Both the position numbers and the translations under genes were made by a program. DNA of 64,000 nt. Source: Myxococcota bacterium (GTDB taxonomy: Bacteria; Myxococcota_A; Polyangia; Polyangiales; Houyiibacteriaceae). The notes beneath the pieces were generated by a model. The model ran no database searches. It worked only from the letters and a program-made list of their open reading frames with translations, and was not told where the DNA came from. Positions 30,869 through 40,659 of the stretch are shown here, piece by piece. Location: contig JBCCEA010000007.1 in assembly GCA_039030515.1 (NCBI GenBank), positions 32,001-96,000 of the forward strand. The letters are read 5' to 3'. Each line of letters opens with the position of its first letter. The first letter of the stretch is position 1.

Positions 30869-31831
30869 ATGATATCTCGTCAGGTATTCATCGGAGGATG
30901 TGGGCGCAGCGGAACGACGCTGCTTGGTTCCATGCTCGGAGCGCATACAAGCATGGTAGCCACGCCAGAGAGTCATTTTAAGTCTGAGTTGGGCCTTTTG
31001 GCTTCAGGAGAAGATGTTCAGGAAGACCTAGGTAGCCAGTGGAGTCGAATCCGTATCCATTGGCGATTTCGAATCTGGGATTTTGATCCCGGCTTGCCCC
31101 CTCGTCCTATGCAAGCGCCGGAGCTTCTCCTTTGGTTGGTAGAGCGATATGCCGCGAGTGTTGGTCAACCGAGCGCGACCGTGTGGGTGGATCACACTCC
31201 CGAGAACCTACTTAACTGGGACGCGCTTTTCGATGCCTTTCCTAATGCACTTGGGATCCACTTGGTCCGGGATGGAAGGGCCGTTGCAGCCTCTGTCCGG
31301 CCGCTGCGGTGGGGACCGAAGACGATGATGGGATGTGCAAATTGGTGGAAGAAGCGAGCACAGGCTGGCCTTCAGGCCGAGCAGCAGTACGATGACCGTC
31401 TGATTCGGGTTCGTTTTGAAGACCTTGTCGACTCACCTGAGAAGAGTTTGGAGCGGCTTACCGACTTTCTGGGAGTTCCCTACCAGCCCGAGATGAAGCC
31501 GGGGGACGGTTTTGAAAAACCAGCATACACGCTGGCGCAGCATCGCTTAGTCGGTAGTTTGCCTCAGAAATCTCGAAGCCAAGCCTGGAAGCAGACGCTT
31601 GGCTCGAGAGACATCGAGATCTTTGAAGCGGAATGCGGACCCCTACTGGAGTCCCTTGGATATCCTTTATGCACTGAGAGCCCGCGACCGCTTTGTGGGT
31701 TTGCAAGGGCGGGATCTCACACTTTAGAAAAGATATACCAGTGGATCTTATTGCCGCTGCACCGCATTCCTACGCGAGGTCCCTACGTGCTTTCAGGTCT
31801 CCAGCAGCGCCTCCGCGATTGGCTTCCTTAG
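30869..31831 (+). CDS. PAPS-dependent sulfotransferase
   Basis: IGGCGRSGTTLL (5'-PSB), HLVRDGRAVAAS (3'-PB), RFEDLV. Confidence 0.9.
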   Translation: MISRQVFIGGCGRSGTTLLGSMLGAHTSMVATPESHFKSELGLLASGEDVQEDLGSQWSRIRIHWRFRIWDFDPGLPPRPMQAPELLLWLVERYAASVGQPSATVWVDHTPENLLNWDALFDAFPNALGIHLVRDGRAVAASVRPLRWGPKTMMGCANWWKKRAQAGLQAEQQYDDRLIRVRFEDLVDSPEKSLERLTDFLGVPYQPEMKPGDGFEKPAYTLAQHRLVGSLPQKSRSQAWKQTLGSRDIEIFEAECGPLLESLGYPLCTESPRPLCGFARAGSHTLEKIYQWILLPLHRIPTRGPYVLSGLQQRLRDWLP

Positions 31832-31921
31832 CTTTGGGGTGACGAATCCAAGATCATCATCTCATCGTTCGTTGGAGGAGCTTGCCGGAATAACGCTTGC
31901 CATCGATCTACCGAAGACCGC

Positions 31922-33973
31922 TTGAATCGCCGGTACGCGGACCTCCAGTTTGTTTCGGCGTCACTACCCTTACTTAGCAGGGCAGAACGCTGGCCAGCCC
32001 TTTCGAATGTACTTTTGCCAGCGCTTGTCGTGAGCGCCGCGTACCTCAGGCCCGCAGACGGCATCCTATGGCTCGCTATGGGTACTGCTTTTCTCTTGAT
32101 TCGTTGGCGATCTCGGCAAGCTCTGCCGGCACTGGTTGTCGGTTTTGGTTTGGCAATTCTTTGCGACTTAGCGTTCAGATTCTACAGTCTTAGGTGGCTA
32201 AACTCATCTCTTCCGCATCAGCAGTGGGACGCAAACGTGCTTCTCTCCGCAGGGGAGCCGTTTTCTTTTTCGCCTCATCGTATTCTTTATGCATTTGTGG
32301 GACTACTCTTTAGCCCCGCTCGCGGCTTGTTGTTCTTCGCCCCGGTCGCACTACGCATACCTTTTTGCTTAGGCTCAGCGCGAAACTCCAAAAGCTGCTG
32401 ACTCGAATCTCTTTTCAGCTACTTTGGCGACAGGGCTTCTGGCTCAACTGCTGCTGGTGTGTTCTTTCTTCAAGTGGTGGGGCGGCATAGCTTTGGGCCC
32501 AAGGCTTCTCTCTCTGAGTGTCCGGGTAGCGGTATTCATCGTCGGTCGAAACGTCCTCGCGAGTTCGATGAGGTTTGCTGCTGGATGCGCCGCGCTCTGT
32601 ACCGTTTGCGTAGGTTTGCTTGGCTTGTTCCGTCATGATCCGCGCAACTATGAGCTTCTGACGCTGCTCGATAAACACCCTGAACGCGCCTTTGATCTTT
32701 CGACACATCCGATCGCTGTGATGCTCACCATGCCGCCTCAAGACAAGCCGCTTCGCTCGATTCCGGATGCGACGTATACATTCTGTTCAGACGTTGCAAA
32801 GCTTTCCGTTTCTTCCGCCCGCGGCACACATAGCGGCGTGCCTGAAACCTCTGTAGTGCCGCCCAATGTGTTGCTTTTTGTACTCGATACCGTGAGACGT
32901 GATCACGTTTCCATTTGCCCGAAGACTCACTCGTCTCTTCGTTCCTCGGGAGCAGACCTGACGCCACATCTCACTCAGCTTGCAGCGCGGGGAACCACCT
33001 ATTGCGGGATGGTCACGCCGGGTAGCTGGACTCTGCCGACGCACGCTTCGATCTTTACCGGACTTCTCCCCACCGAACATCATGCGGATTTTCGCCCTCC
33101 GGCGCAGGCATCTGCGTCGGTTCGTGGTCTCTCGATCTCGGCAATGGATACGAGCGTGTCCACACTCGCTGAACTGTTTCTTCAAGCTGGCTACAGCACA
33201 GCTATCGTTTCAGGCAACCCAGTTCTTACGGAAGCTACGGGCGTACTGAGAGCTTTTGAGCGGCGCCTGATCGCTCGCAATTTGCACGCAGGATCGGATG
33301 CGACTTCGGCGCCGAAGCTTCGTGCCCTTGTCGAATCTCAGGTTGCCACGAACAAACCATTGTTTCTGTTCGTGAATATTATCATCGCCCATGGACCATT
33401 TGAGCCGGCTCCCGAGGGCAATCACTTTGTTGCATCGACACAGAACACAATCGGCCTGATCACACAATCGGTCTGATCAAGGGTGGCCCAGAAGGGCTTT
33501 TTGGTCGTTTCGTCCGTGGCGAGACGCCGGAGCCTCACCGAATCCGTTTTCTGCAAGAGCTCCGCAATGATTATGCATGTGGAGTGCATGTTGCAGATAG
33601 TGATTTGGGAGCGAGTATGCAGTACCTGTCTGAAGCAGGGTGGCTATCACGATCTACAGTGATCTCGGTTATGAGCGACCACGGTGAAATTCTCAATGAA
33701 GATGGACTGCTCGATCATGGTCGTTCGGTCATTGCAGCCAATATCGATGTGTTCGGGTTGGTTGTGTCCCCGAAGTATCCGCCAGGCGTGCTTTCAAACA
33801 GTCCGGTCCAGAGCCAAGATCTCTTCTCCACATTGGAGGCGTCCGATGAAGTCGAATCTCTGCTGCAAGAAGCTCGATCACTCATGCAGGCAGCAAGGGG
33901 AACGCTTGGGTCCGCGGTGCAGCTCTCCCCAGCAGAACAAGAGGCGCTGCGAGCCCTGGGCTACCTGAGATAG
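31922..33973 (+). pseudogene. fragmented membrane protein-sulfatase fusion (three ORFs: 31922-32401, 32424-33476, 33584-33973)
   Basis: membrane motifs GLLFSPARGLLFFAP and WWGG..GPR split across frames; sulfatase NVLLFVLDTVRRD, WTLPTHASIFTG, SDHGE..DHG split by a 17-bp duplication. Confidence 0.75.
33445..33478. repeat. 17-bp tandem duplication causing a frameshift
   Basis: acacaatcggcctgatc / acacaatcggtctgatc. Confidence 0.9.
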
Positions 33974-34082
33974 CGATCGGCTGAAGCACGCGCGCTGGAC
34001 TCACGGCTCCGCATGACTGGTTGTGGGTACGAATGGTTGTGGGTCCCGTACGAGCGGTTGCCTCAGGGGCTCGAACATAGCT

Positions 34083-34649
34083 TTAGGACTCTAACGCTAT
34101 ATCTTCAGAAGCAGTGCATTCTGAATCCTCGGAGTCTGGCCCTGAGTCGAACAGGTTTGCGACTTCTTCGGGTCGGGCGTCTACAGGGCCGGTGGTCCAC
34201 ATTGGGGCCGCATCCACGTCTTCTGCCTCCATCAACCGCACCATCCGCTGCATCACCCAATCGATCATCGCTTGCTCGCCTTCAGGCAGACGGCCGAGGC
34301 GGTCCGAAAAACGCTCGTGCAGCGGCGAAGGCGCAAGCGCGACCAGCTCCCGGCCCCGCTCGGTGACCGATACGTGGATACGCCGCTTGTCTTCGTTGCT
34401 TCGTACCCGCTCTACGAGCCTCCGTCGTTCAAGACGCACCAGAATCCCCGTCACTGTCCCCTGACTCAAAGAGACCGCCTTCGCGAGGCCGGACGGGGTG
34501 GTGTATTGCTGACGCACGATTTCTCGCAGGCACACCAGCTGAGGACCGGTGAGTTCGTGTTGTTTGGCGAGCCTTTTGCTCTGCAGGTCGATCGCCCGCG
34601 ACATTCGCCGCAGAGACCGAAGGATTGATTCCTCATATCGAGTGGACAC
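34083..34649 (-). CDS. MarR-family regulator (EctR-like)
   Basis: ILRSLRRMSRAIDLQSKRL..LTGPQLVCL, LSQGTVTGILVRLE, DKRR. Confidence 0.85.
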   Translation of the reverse strand: MSTRYEESILRSLRRMSRAIDLQSKRLAKQHELTGPQLVCLREIVRQQYTTPSGLAKAVSLSQGTVTGILVRLERRRLVERVRSNEDKRRIHVSVTERGRELVALAPSPLHERFSDRLGRLPEGEQAMIDWVMQRMVRLMEAEDVDAAPMWTTGPVDARPEEVANLFDSGPDSEDSECTASEDIALES

Positions 34650-34773
34650 ACGCCGACCCTAGCAGCTTCACGCGAAGAAAACGCTTGCGGCTCATCTATT
34701 GGGTTCGGTCGCTGGATTCGCGATTTGTGCTGGCGTCGCTCAGCCTTCGTTGATACTACTCCGCAGCCTATTC

Positions 34774-34792
34774 GAAAACGAAAATCAATATC
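34774..34792. promoter_or_regulatory. Fur box upstream of imelysin operon
   Basis: GAAAACGAAAATCAATATC matches 15/19 of GATAATGATAATCATTATC; flanked by tattcga..tcgaata. Confidence 0.75.
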
Positions 34793-34890
34793 GAATACAG
34801 GCGAGCCCTCTCCAGATCGCAAATCCATCTGGGCGGGCCGTGAACCGATGACCGTGCTGTTTGCGTTCGAATGACAGAGGGGTATGTATC

Positions 34891-36087
34891 ATGTTTGATT
34901 TTTTCACCAAGGATCGTCCAGCAAGCGTCATGATGCTCGTGCTCGGCGCGATCTATTCGGTTGGCTGCAGTGATGATTCTTCCTCAGATGAATCGTCGGC
35001 GGCCACCCGAGCTGCAATGGTCGAGACCTACGCAGAAATCGTACTCGCCAGCTACGAAGACTCGTTGACAGAGGCGACGGCAATGGACGCCGCGCTGCTG
35101 GCCATGACCGAAACGCCGACCGCTGCGACACAGCAGGCCGCCCAGACAGCCTGGCTGGCTTCAAGGGAGCCCTACCTGCAGACCGAAACCTATCGCTTCT
35201 ATGACGGGCCCATCGACAACGCGAAGGATGGACCCGAGGGGCTCATCAATGCATGGCCTCTCGATGAAGCATACATCGACTACGTGGTCGGCGATCTGAC
35301 TGCTGGAATCGTCAACGATTCGATGGTGACCATCGACGCCGCGACCTTAGAGTCCCTCAACGAAGAAGGCGGCGAAGAAAACATCGCGACCGGATATCAC
35401 GCCATCGAGTTCTTGCTTTGGGGACAAGACCTCAGCGAAACCGGCCCGGGCGCTCGGCCATTTTCAGATTACGTGTCAGGCGAGGGCAGCACCGCCGAAA
35501 ACCAAGACCGGCGAGCACTCTATCTCATGACCGTGTCGGATATGCTTCTCGACCATCTTCAGTTTCTCGTCGATGCCTGGGACCCAGCGGATGCTTCGGC
35601 CTACCGGGCCGAGTTTGAAAGCGCGGAGAGCACCGAGGCGCTACGTCGCATACTCACCGGCATGATCGTTCTCAGCGGGTTCGAAACCGGGGGAGAACGT
35701 CTTCAGACCGCCCTCGACACCGGTGACCAGGAAGATGAGCACTCCTGCTTCAGCGACAACACCCACCGCGACATGATTCAGGACATCCAGGGCGTGCTCA
35801 ACGTCTGGCAGGGCTCCTACGCCCGCCTCGACGGCACGACGATTTCGGGCACTGGCGTCGCGGACGTCGTGCGCGAAGTCGACTCCGATTTAGCTCAAGA
35901 GCTCGACGACCAAATCCAGGAAAGTCTCGACCTAGCCAACGCTTTGGTACCTCCTTTCGATCAGGAGCTGGTGACCAAAGATGGCCAAGCGCGAATCCAA
36001 GCTCTGATCGCCGCGCTCCGGGCGCAGGAGAACCTACTGGAAGAGGTCTTCCAGATGTTCGAGCTTTCGATTCCCGTGGTGGAGTAG
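34891..36087 (+). CDS. imelysin-family iron-regulated lipoprotein (IrpA/LruB-like)
   Basis: NAWPLDEAYIDYV, GYHAIEFLLWGQD (GxHxxE), EDEHSCFSDNT; lipobox-like SVG-C; RBS gagggg. Confidence 0.9.
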   Translation: MFDFFTKDRPASVMMLVLGAIYSVGCSDDSSSDESSAATRAAMVETYAEIVLASYEDSLTEATAMDAALLAMTETPTAATQQAAQTAWLASREPYLQTETYRFYDGPIDNAKDGPEGLINAWPLDEAYIDYVVGDLTAGIVNDSMVTIDAATLESLNEEGGEENIATGYHAIEFLLWGQDLSETGPGARPFSDYVSGEGSTAENQDRRALYLMTVSDMLLDHLQFLVDAWDPADASAYRAEFESAESTEALRRILTGMIVLSGFETGGERLQTALDTGDQEDEHSCFSDNTHRDMIQDIQGVLNVWQGSYARLDGTTISGTGVADVVREVDSDLAQELDDQIQESLDLANALVPPFDQELVTKDGQARIQALIAALRAQENLLEEVFQMFELSIPVVE

Positions 36088-36109
36088 GGAGCGCGAACGA
36101 AAGGCACCT

Positions 36110-37714
36110 ATGACGGACTGCACCGACATAGCAAAAAGGGACGCTTGGCATCCGAAGTTACTCGTCCCGCCGTCCTTTGCCCCGGGGTCGTTCGCCCTCG
36201 GGTGCGTGCGGCGGCACCGCATCGGTGCTGAGCTTTGGGTGCACCTCGTCGACCATCCGTATGTGGCTCGAGCCTGCGCGACACGGCTCGCGCTCGCTAT
36301 CCTTCCGCTGCTTGTGCTCTCCGCCTGCAGCTCGAGCGGAAGAGCTGCAGGTTCTTTTGAGCCTGGAGAAGAGCTGCCGGGAGGAGAAACCACCAACACC
36401 CTACTGCTCGGTGAAAACGCCTTCATCAGGCCCGCGTCCAACATCGCCGAAGAAAACGAGCCGCTCTTTTTTTCTGGCAACAGTTTCTTCAATCAGCCTT
36501 GGGTGCAGGCGCCTGCGAGCACCGAAAGTCGAGACGGGCTCGGGCCGCTTTTCAACGCGCGCTCCTGCGCTGCATGCCATTTTCGCGACGGGAGAGGGCG
36601 CCCTCCTTTGGAGCCAGAAGAGCCCTTTCTCGGACTGCTTTTGAGGCTGAGTATTGACGGTCAGTCTGAGCACGATGTCGATCAGCCTGAGCGCGATGTC
36701 GATGCTCTCGGTCATGGGCAGCCGATTGCGGAGCCATCCTACGGCCTACAGCTCCAACCTTTCTCCGTTGCAGATGTTCCTGCGGAAGCTAGGCCCGAAG
36801 TCCACTACCAGGAGATTCACGGAACGTACGCCGATGGCGAACCCTATACGCTGCTCGACCCCACATACACGATATCCGACCTTTCCTACGGCCCCATGCA
36901 TGAAGATCTGCGTCTCTCTCCCCGCGTTGCGCCGGCGGTAGTGGGCCTCGGCCTGCTCGAGGCCATCGACCAGGTAGCGCTACTCGAACTAGAAGATTCC
37001 GAAGATGTGGATGGAGACGGCATTTCCGGTCGCGCCAACTGGGTCTGGGATGTGGTCCAGCAGACATGGTCGCTAGGCCGGTTCGGTTGGAAGGCAGAGC
37101 AGCCAACGGTGCGGCAACAGTCAGCCGCAGCGTTCTCAGGCGACATAGGCATTACCACCACCCTCTTCCCGGCCGAGGGATGCACTGAAGCGCAGCCCGA
37201 GTGCGACTCGGCCCTTTCGGGAGGGGCGCCTGAACTATCCGATCGTCTGTTGCTTCGCGTAGAGGTCTACACCCGCTTGCTTGCAGTTCCCATGCGGATT
37301 CGAGCAAACGATCCGGAAGTGCTGCGAGGAAAGCAGCTTTTTCACGATGCCCAATGCGCTTCCTGTCACGTGCCGAGCTACGTAACGGGAGCAGACTCTG
37401 ATCTTGCAGAGGTGCAAAACCAGCGAATCTGGCCCTACACCGACCTTTTATTGCACGATATGGGAGAAGGGCTTTCCGACCATCGGTCGAGCTTTGCCGC
37501 GAGCGGGAGCGAATGGCGCACGCCGCCTCTGTGGGGGCTTGGATATATCGAGGTGGTGAACGACCACAATCGCCTGCTTCACGATGGAAGAGCGCGCGGC
37601 GTGTCGGAGGCGATTCTCTGGCACGGTGGTGAGGCGCAAGGGTCTAAAGAGTTTTTCGAGTCTATGCCGGCAGAAGACCGCGAAGCGCTCGTGGCCTTCA
37701 TCAACTCGCTGTGA
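36110..37714 (+). CDS. di-heme oxidoreductase (DHOR/DUF1111 family) lipoprotein; start probably near 36263
   Basis: DGLGPLFNARSCAACH, GRFGWKA, CASCH, PYTDLLLHDMG, WRTPPLWG, LLHDGRAR. Confidence 0.9.
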   Translation: MTDCTDIAKRDAWHPKLLVPPSFAPGSFALGCVRRHRIGAELWVHLVDHPYVARACATRLALAILPLLVLSACSSSGRAAGSFEPGEELPGGETTNTLLLGENAFIRPASNIAEENEPLFFSGNSFFNQPWVQAPASTESRDGLGPLFNARSCAACHFRDGRGRPPLEPEEPFLGLLLRLSIDGQSEHDVDQPERDVDALGHGQPIAEPSYGLQLQPFSVADVPAEARPEVHYQEIHGTYADGEPYTLLDPTYTISDLSYGPMHEDLRLSPRVAPAVVGLGLLEAIDQVALLELEDSEDVDGDGISGRANWVWDVVQQTWSLGRFGWKAEQPTVRQQSAAAFSGDIGITTTLFPAEGCTEAQPECDSALSGGAPELSDRLLLRVEVYTRLLAVPMRIRANDPEVLRGKQLFHDAQCASCHVPSYVTGADSDLAEVQNQRIWPYTDLLLHDMGEGLSDHRSSFAASGSEWRTPPLWGLGYIEVVNDHNRLLHDGRARGVSEAILWHGGEAQGSKEFFESMPAEDREALVAFINSL

Positions 37715-37724
37715 TGGAATCCAA

Positions 37725-38936
37725 ATGAAGCATGTATTCTTTTCATATCTTATGATTCTTTCCGCACTTGGCTGTAGCGACAGCGGGTCGATCGATTCGC
37801 GACAAGAGCTGCTACAGTACTGGGGCACACAGGTGGTCTTGCCCGGCTACCAAGAGTTCGAGACCCAGGCTGCGGCCCTTCAGACTGCTGCCGAGGGCTT
37901 TTGCGCTGAACCCTCCTCGGCGCGTCTCGACGGCCTGCACGCAGCATGGATCGCGGCTCGGCAACCGTGGAAGGAGATGGAGGTCTTTGCCTTTGGCCCC
38001 TATCTCAACGAGCCACTTCGCCTAGGTCCCAAAGTGGACTTTTGGCCCGTGCGCGTAGGGGATATCGAAGACGTTCTCGAAGATACGGACGAGATCAACG
38101 CGGCGGTTCTTGGAGCCTCAAGAAAGGGGTTTGCCGTGATCGAGTACCTTATCTTTGCCGAGACGAGCGGTTCCGGTCTCGATCTTTTGGTTTCGAAAGC
38201 AGACGCACCGAAAGCAGACGCACCGAAAGCAGACGCACCGAAAGAAGACCGTGCAGCCGCCGAGCGCGCTTGTCGGTACTTGGTGTCGCTCGCCTCCGAC
38301 CTTTCGCTTCAGGCCACGCGGATGCACGAAGCCTGGGATCCTGATGGAGGCAACTATCTCGCAGAGCTCACCGAAGCCGGCAGCAGCAGCACTGCGTTCC
38401 CCTCACTCCAGCGCGCCCTGAGCGAAGTGGTTAATCGAATGAGTTTTACTGTGGAGAACATCCGACTCGACAAACTAGGTGGCCCTCTCGGCGTGACCAC
38501 CGGGGGATCTCCGCAGCCAGACAGAGCAGAGTCGCAATTTTCTGGGCGCTCTCTCGACGACATTCGGGACAACCTGCGTGGCGTCGAGCGGCTGTATTTC
38601 GGTGAGATCGAGTCCACCGAAGGTCCGGATTTGACGGGCGACGCCGGAGTCAGCGGAAATTCCGGCTCGACCGAGGCATTTCAGACGGCTCTCTCCTTAG
38701 AGCGTTACGCACTCGACAAAGGGCATTCTTTCAGCGCTCCGATACGCAAGGCCCTTCAAGCGTCCCTTACCGCCCTAGATTCGATCGAGATGCCGCTCAC
38801 TTCTGCAGTCACAGAGCAGCCCGAAAGGGTGAGCGAAGCGATGGGTCATCTCGCTACCCTGCAGACCGTGATTCAAGTAGACCTCATCGGTGCGCTCTCC
38901 CTCACGCCGGTCTTCAACGATACGGACGGGGACTAA
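37725..38936 (+). CDS. second imelysin-like lipoprotein
   Basis: FGP..VDFWP, KGFAVIEYLIF (His of GxHxxE absent), C-terminal FNDTDGD; lipobox-like ALG-C. Confidence 0.85.
   Translation: MKHVFFSYLMILSALGCSDSGSIDSRQELLQYWGTQVVLPGYQEFETQAAALQTAAEGFCAEPSSARLDGLHAAWIAARQPWKEMEVFAFGPYLNEPLRLGPKVDFWPVRVGDIEDVLEDTDEINAAVLGASRKGFAVIEYLIFAETSGSGLDLLVSKADAPKADAPKADAPKEDRAAAERACRYLVSLASDLSLQATRMHEAWDPDGGNYLAELTEAGSSSTAFPSLQRALSEVVNRMSFTVENIRLDKLGGPLGVTTGGSPQPDRAESQFSGRSLDDIRDNLRGVERLYFGEIESTEGPDLTGDAGVSGNSGSTEAFQTALSLERYALDKGHSFSAPIRKALQASLTALDSIEMPLTSAVTEQPERVSEAMGHLATLQTVIQVDLIGALSLTPVFNDTDGD
38196..38240. repeat. 15-bp tandem repeat x3 (KADAP) in-frame
   Basis: aaagcagacgcaccg x3. Confidence 0.92.
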
Positions 38937-38986
38937 AGCTCCATCGCTGCCGTACATCAGAAGATATTGCCATTTCCCGGACGTAT

Positions 38987-40576
38987 GTGATGAAGGTTCA
39001 AGCGGTAGGGAGGCAAAAAGAAGCAAATCGAGTCGGTGCTTGGCGACTGTCCACCACGCTGCGCTCTTGGCTTGCGACCTCCTCCGATCCATCAGGCTTG
39101 GCCGCGTTCCGAATCTTGTTCGGCGCGATCATGACCGCGGCGACTTTGCGATTCTGGCTTAAAGGTTGGATCCACGATCTCTACGTGGCCCCGACCTACC
39201 ACTTCACCTATCTCGGTTTCGACTGGGTTCGTCCCTGGCCGGAGCCCCTGATGTACCTTCACTTCCTGGTCATGGGCTTTGCGGCGTTCACGCTCATGCT
39301 CGGTGCCGCGACCCGACTTAGCGCTGCGGTATTCTTTGTGGGCTTTACCTACGTTGAGCTGCTCGAAAAAGCGGCCTACTTAAACCACTACTATTTGGTG
39401 AGCCTGCTTGCGCTTCTCCTGGTGTTTGTGCCGACGAGCGAAGTGGCTTCCTTAGAGTCCTGGTGGCGCTCCAGGAGGCGCCATCGAGTTCCTGACCAAG
39501 TGTTCCCGCGCAGAGGGATTCACGAAGCGCACTGTCGGGCGGAAGCCAGTCCACGCTTCACCACCCGGCGGTGGGGCTACGCGTTGCTGAGAAGCCAGGT
39601 TGCGATGGTTTATCTCTTCGCAGGCTTTGCAAAGTTAAATCACGATTGGCTTTTTGACGCGGAGCCCCTTGCGACTTGGCTTTCTGCACATACCGATCTT
39701 CCGCTGGTCGGTCCCTTCATGGAAAGTGTGTATACCGCCTACGCGATGAGCTGGGCAGGAGCGATATACGACCTCAGCATCGTCTTCCTTCTCTCTTGGA
39801 GCCGAACCCGGTATTGGGCGTATGGCGTGAGTATCGTATTTCACTGTCTGGTGTGGTGGCTGTTTCCCATCGGAGTATTTTCATGGGTGATGCTAGCCTC
39901 GGCTACCCTCTTTTTTGATCCCAGCTGGCCGCGGCGTGTGCTCGAGTCGTTGCAGCATCGTCTCCGTGCGCATCGGCTCCGTGCACTGAAGCCCAGTGCA
40001 CTGCATCGTAGCGATCCGGATGGTTCGGCGCTTGTATTAGAGCCTTTGGAGAAACAGCATTTTGCTCCGGAGAAGACTCGGGCTTTGGGGGTCGGTGCTA
40101 CGCTTGCGATCGGTGTGTATCTGCTGCTTCAGGTATTGATACCGATGCGATTTGCGTTTTTCCCCGGCAACGTGCTCTGGACCGAGCAGGGCTTTCGTTT
40201 CGCTTGGCGGGTGATGCTCATCGAAAAAACCGGCCAGTTGGAGTACGTGGTTCACGCAGATTCCAAACGGTACCGGATCGCTCCAAGACGCGAGCTTTCT
40301 GCGCAACAAGCCCGAATGGTCGCGACCCAGCCGGATATGATCCATCAGTATGCACTTCGCCTAGCGCAGAGATACCGTGAGGCAGGAGCGTCTGACGTTC
40401 GGGTGTATGCGCACTCTTGGGCCTCTCTGAACGGCCGCCCTCATCAACGACTGGTCGATCCCAGCGTCGATCTCGCCTCGTATCCGCGGAGCTTTGGTGC
40501 CGCCGCGTGGCTCGGTGCCACCCCCTGGATCGTCCCGCTGAAGGAGCCCCGGCTTGGCTCGTTGCCCACGATGTAG
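38987..40576 (+). CDS. HTTM-domain protein, vitamin K-dependent gamma-glutamyl carboxylase homolog
   Basis: LAAFRILFG, YLNHYY, YLFAGFAKLNHDWL, FPIGVF, FRFAWRVML, QPDMIHQYA, SLNGRPHQRLVDPSVDL. Confidence 0.88.
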   Translation: MMKVQAVGRQKEANRVGAWRLSTTLRSWLATSSDPSGLAAFRILFGAIMTAATLRFWLKGWIHDLYVAPTYHFTYLGFDWVRPWPEPLMYLHFLVMGFAAFTLMLGAATRLSAAVFFVGFTYVELLEKAAYLNHYYLVSLLALLLVFVPTSEVASLESWWRSRRRHRVPDQVFPRRGIHEAHCRAEASPRFTTRRWGYALLRSQVAMVYLFAGFAKLNHDWLFDAEPLATWLSAHTDLPLVGPFMESVYTAYAMSWAGAIYDLSIVFLLSWSRTRYWAYGVSIVFHCLVWWLFPIGVFSWVMLASATLFFDPSWPRRVLESLQHRLRAHRLRALKPSALHRSDPDGSALVLEPLEKQHFAPEKTRALGVGATLAIGVYLLLQVLIPMRFAFFPGNVLWTEQGFRFAWRVMLIEKTGQLEYVVHADSKRYRIAPRRELSAQQARMVATQPDMIHQYALRLAQRYREAGASDVRVYAHSWASLNGRPHQRLVDPSVDLASYPRSFGAAAWLGATPWIVPLKEPRLGSLPTM

Positions 40577-40659
40577 TCCCTGTTGGTTCCTTGCCGACGA
40601 CGTAATCCCTGAACCCTTAGTAAGGCTGCGGCACATGCAAAGGTTCGAACGCTGTTTGG

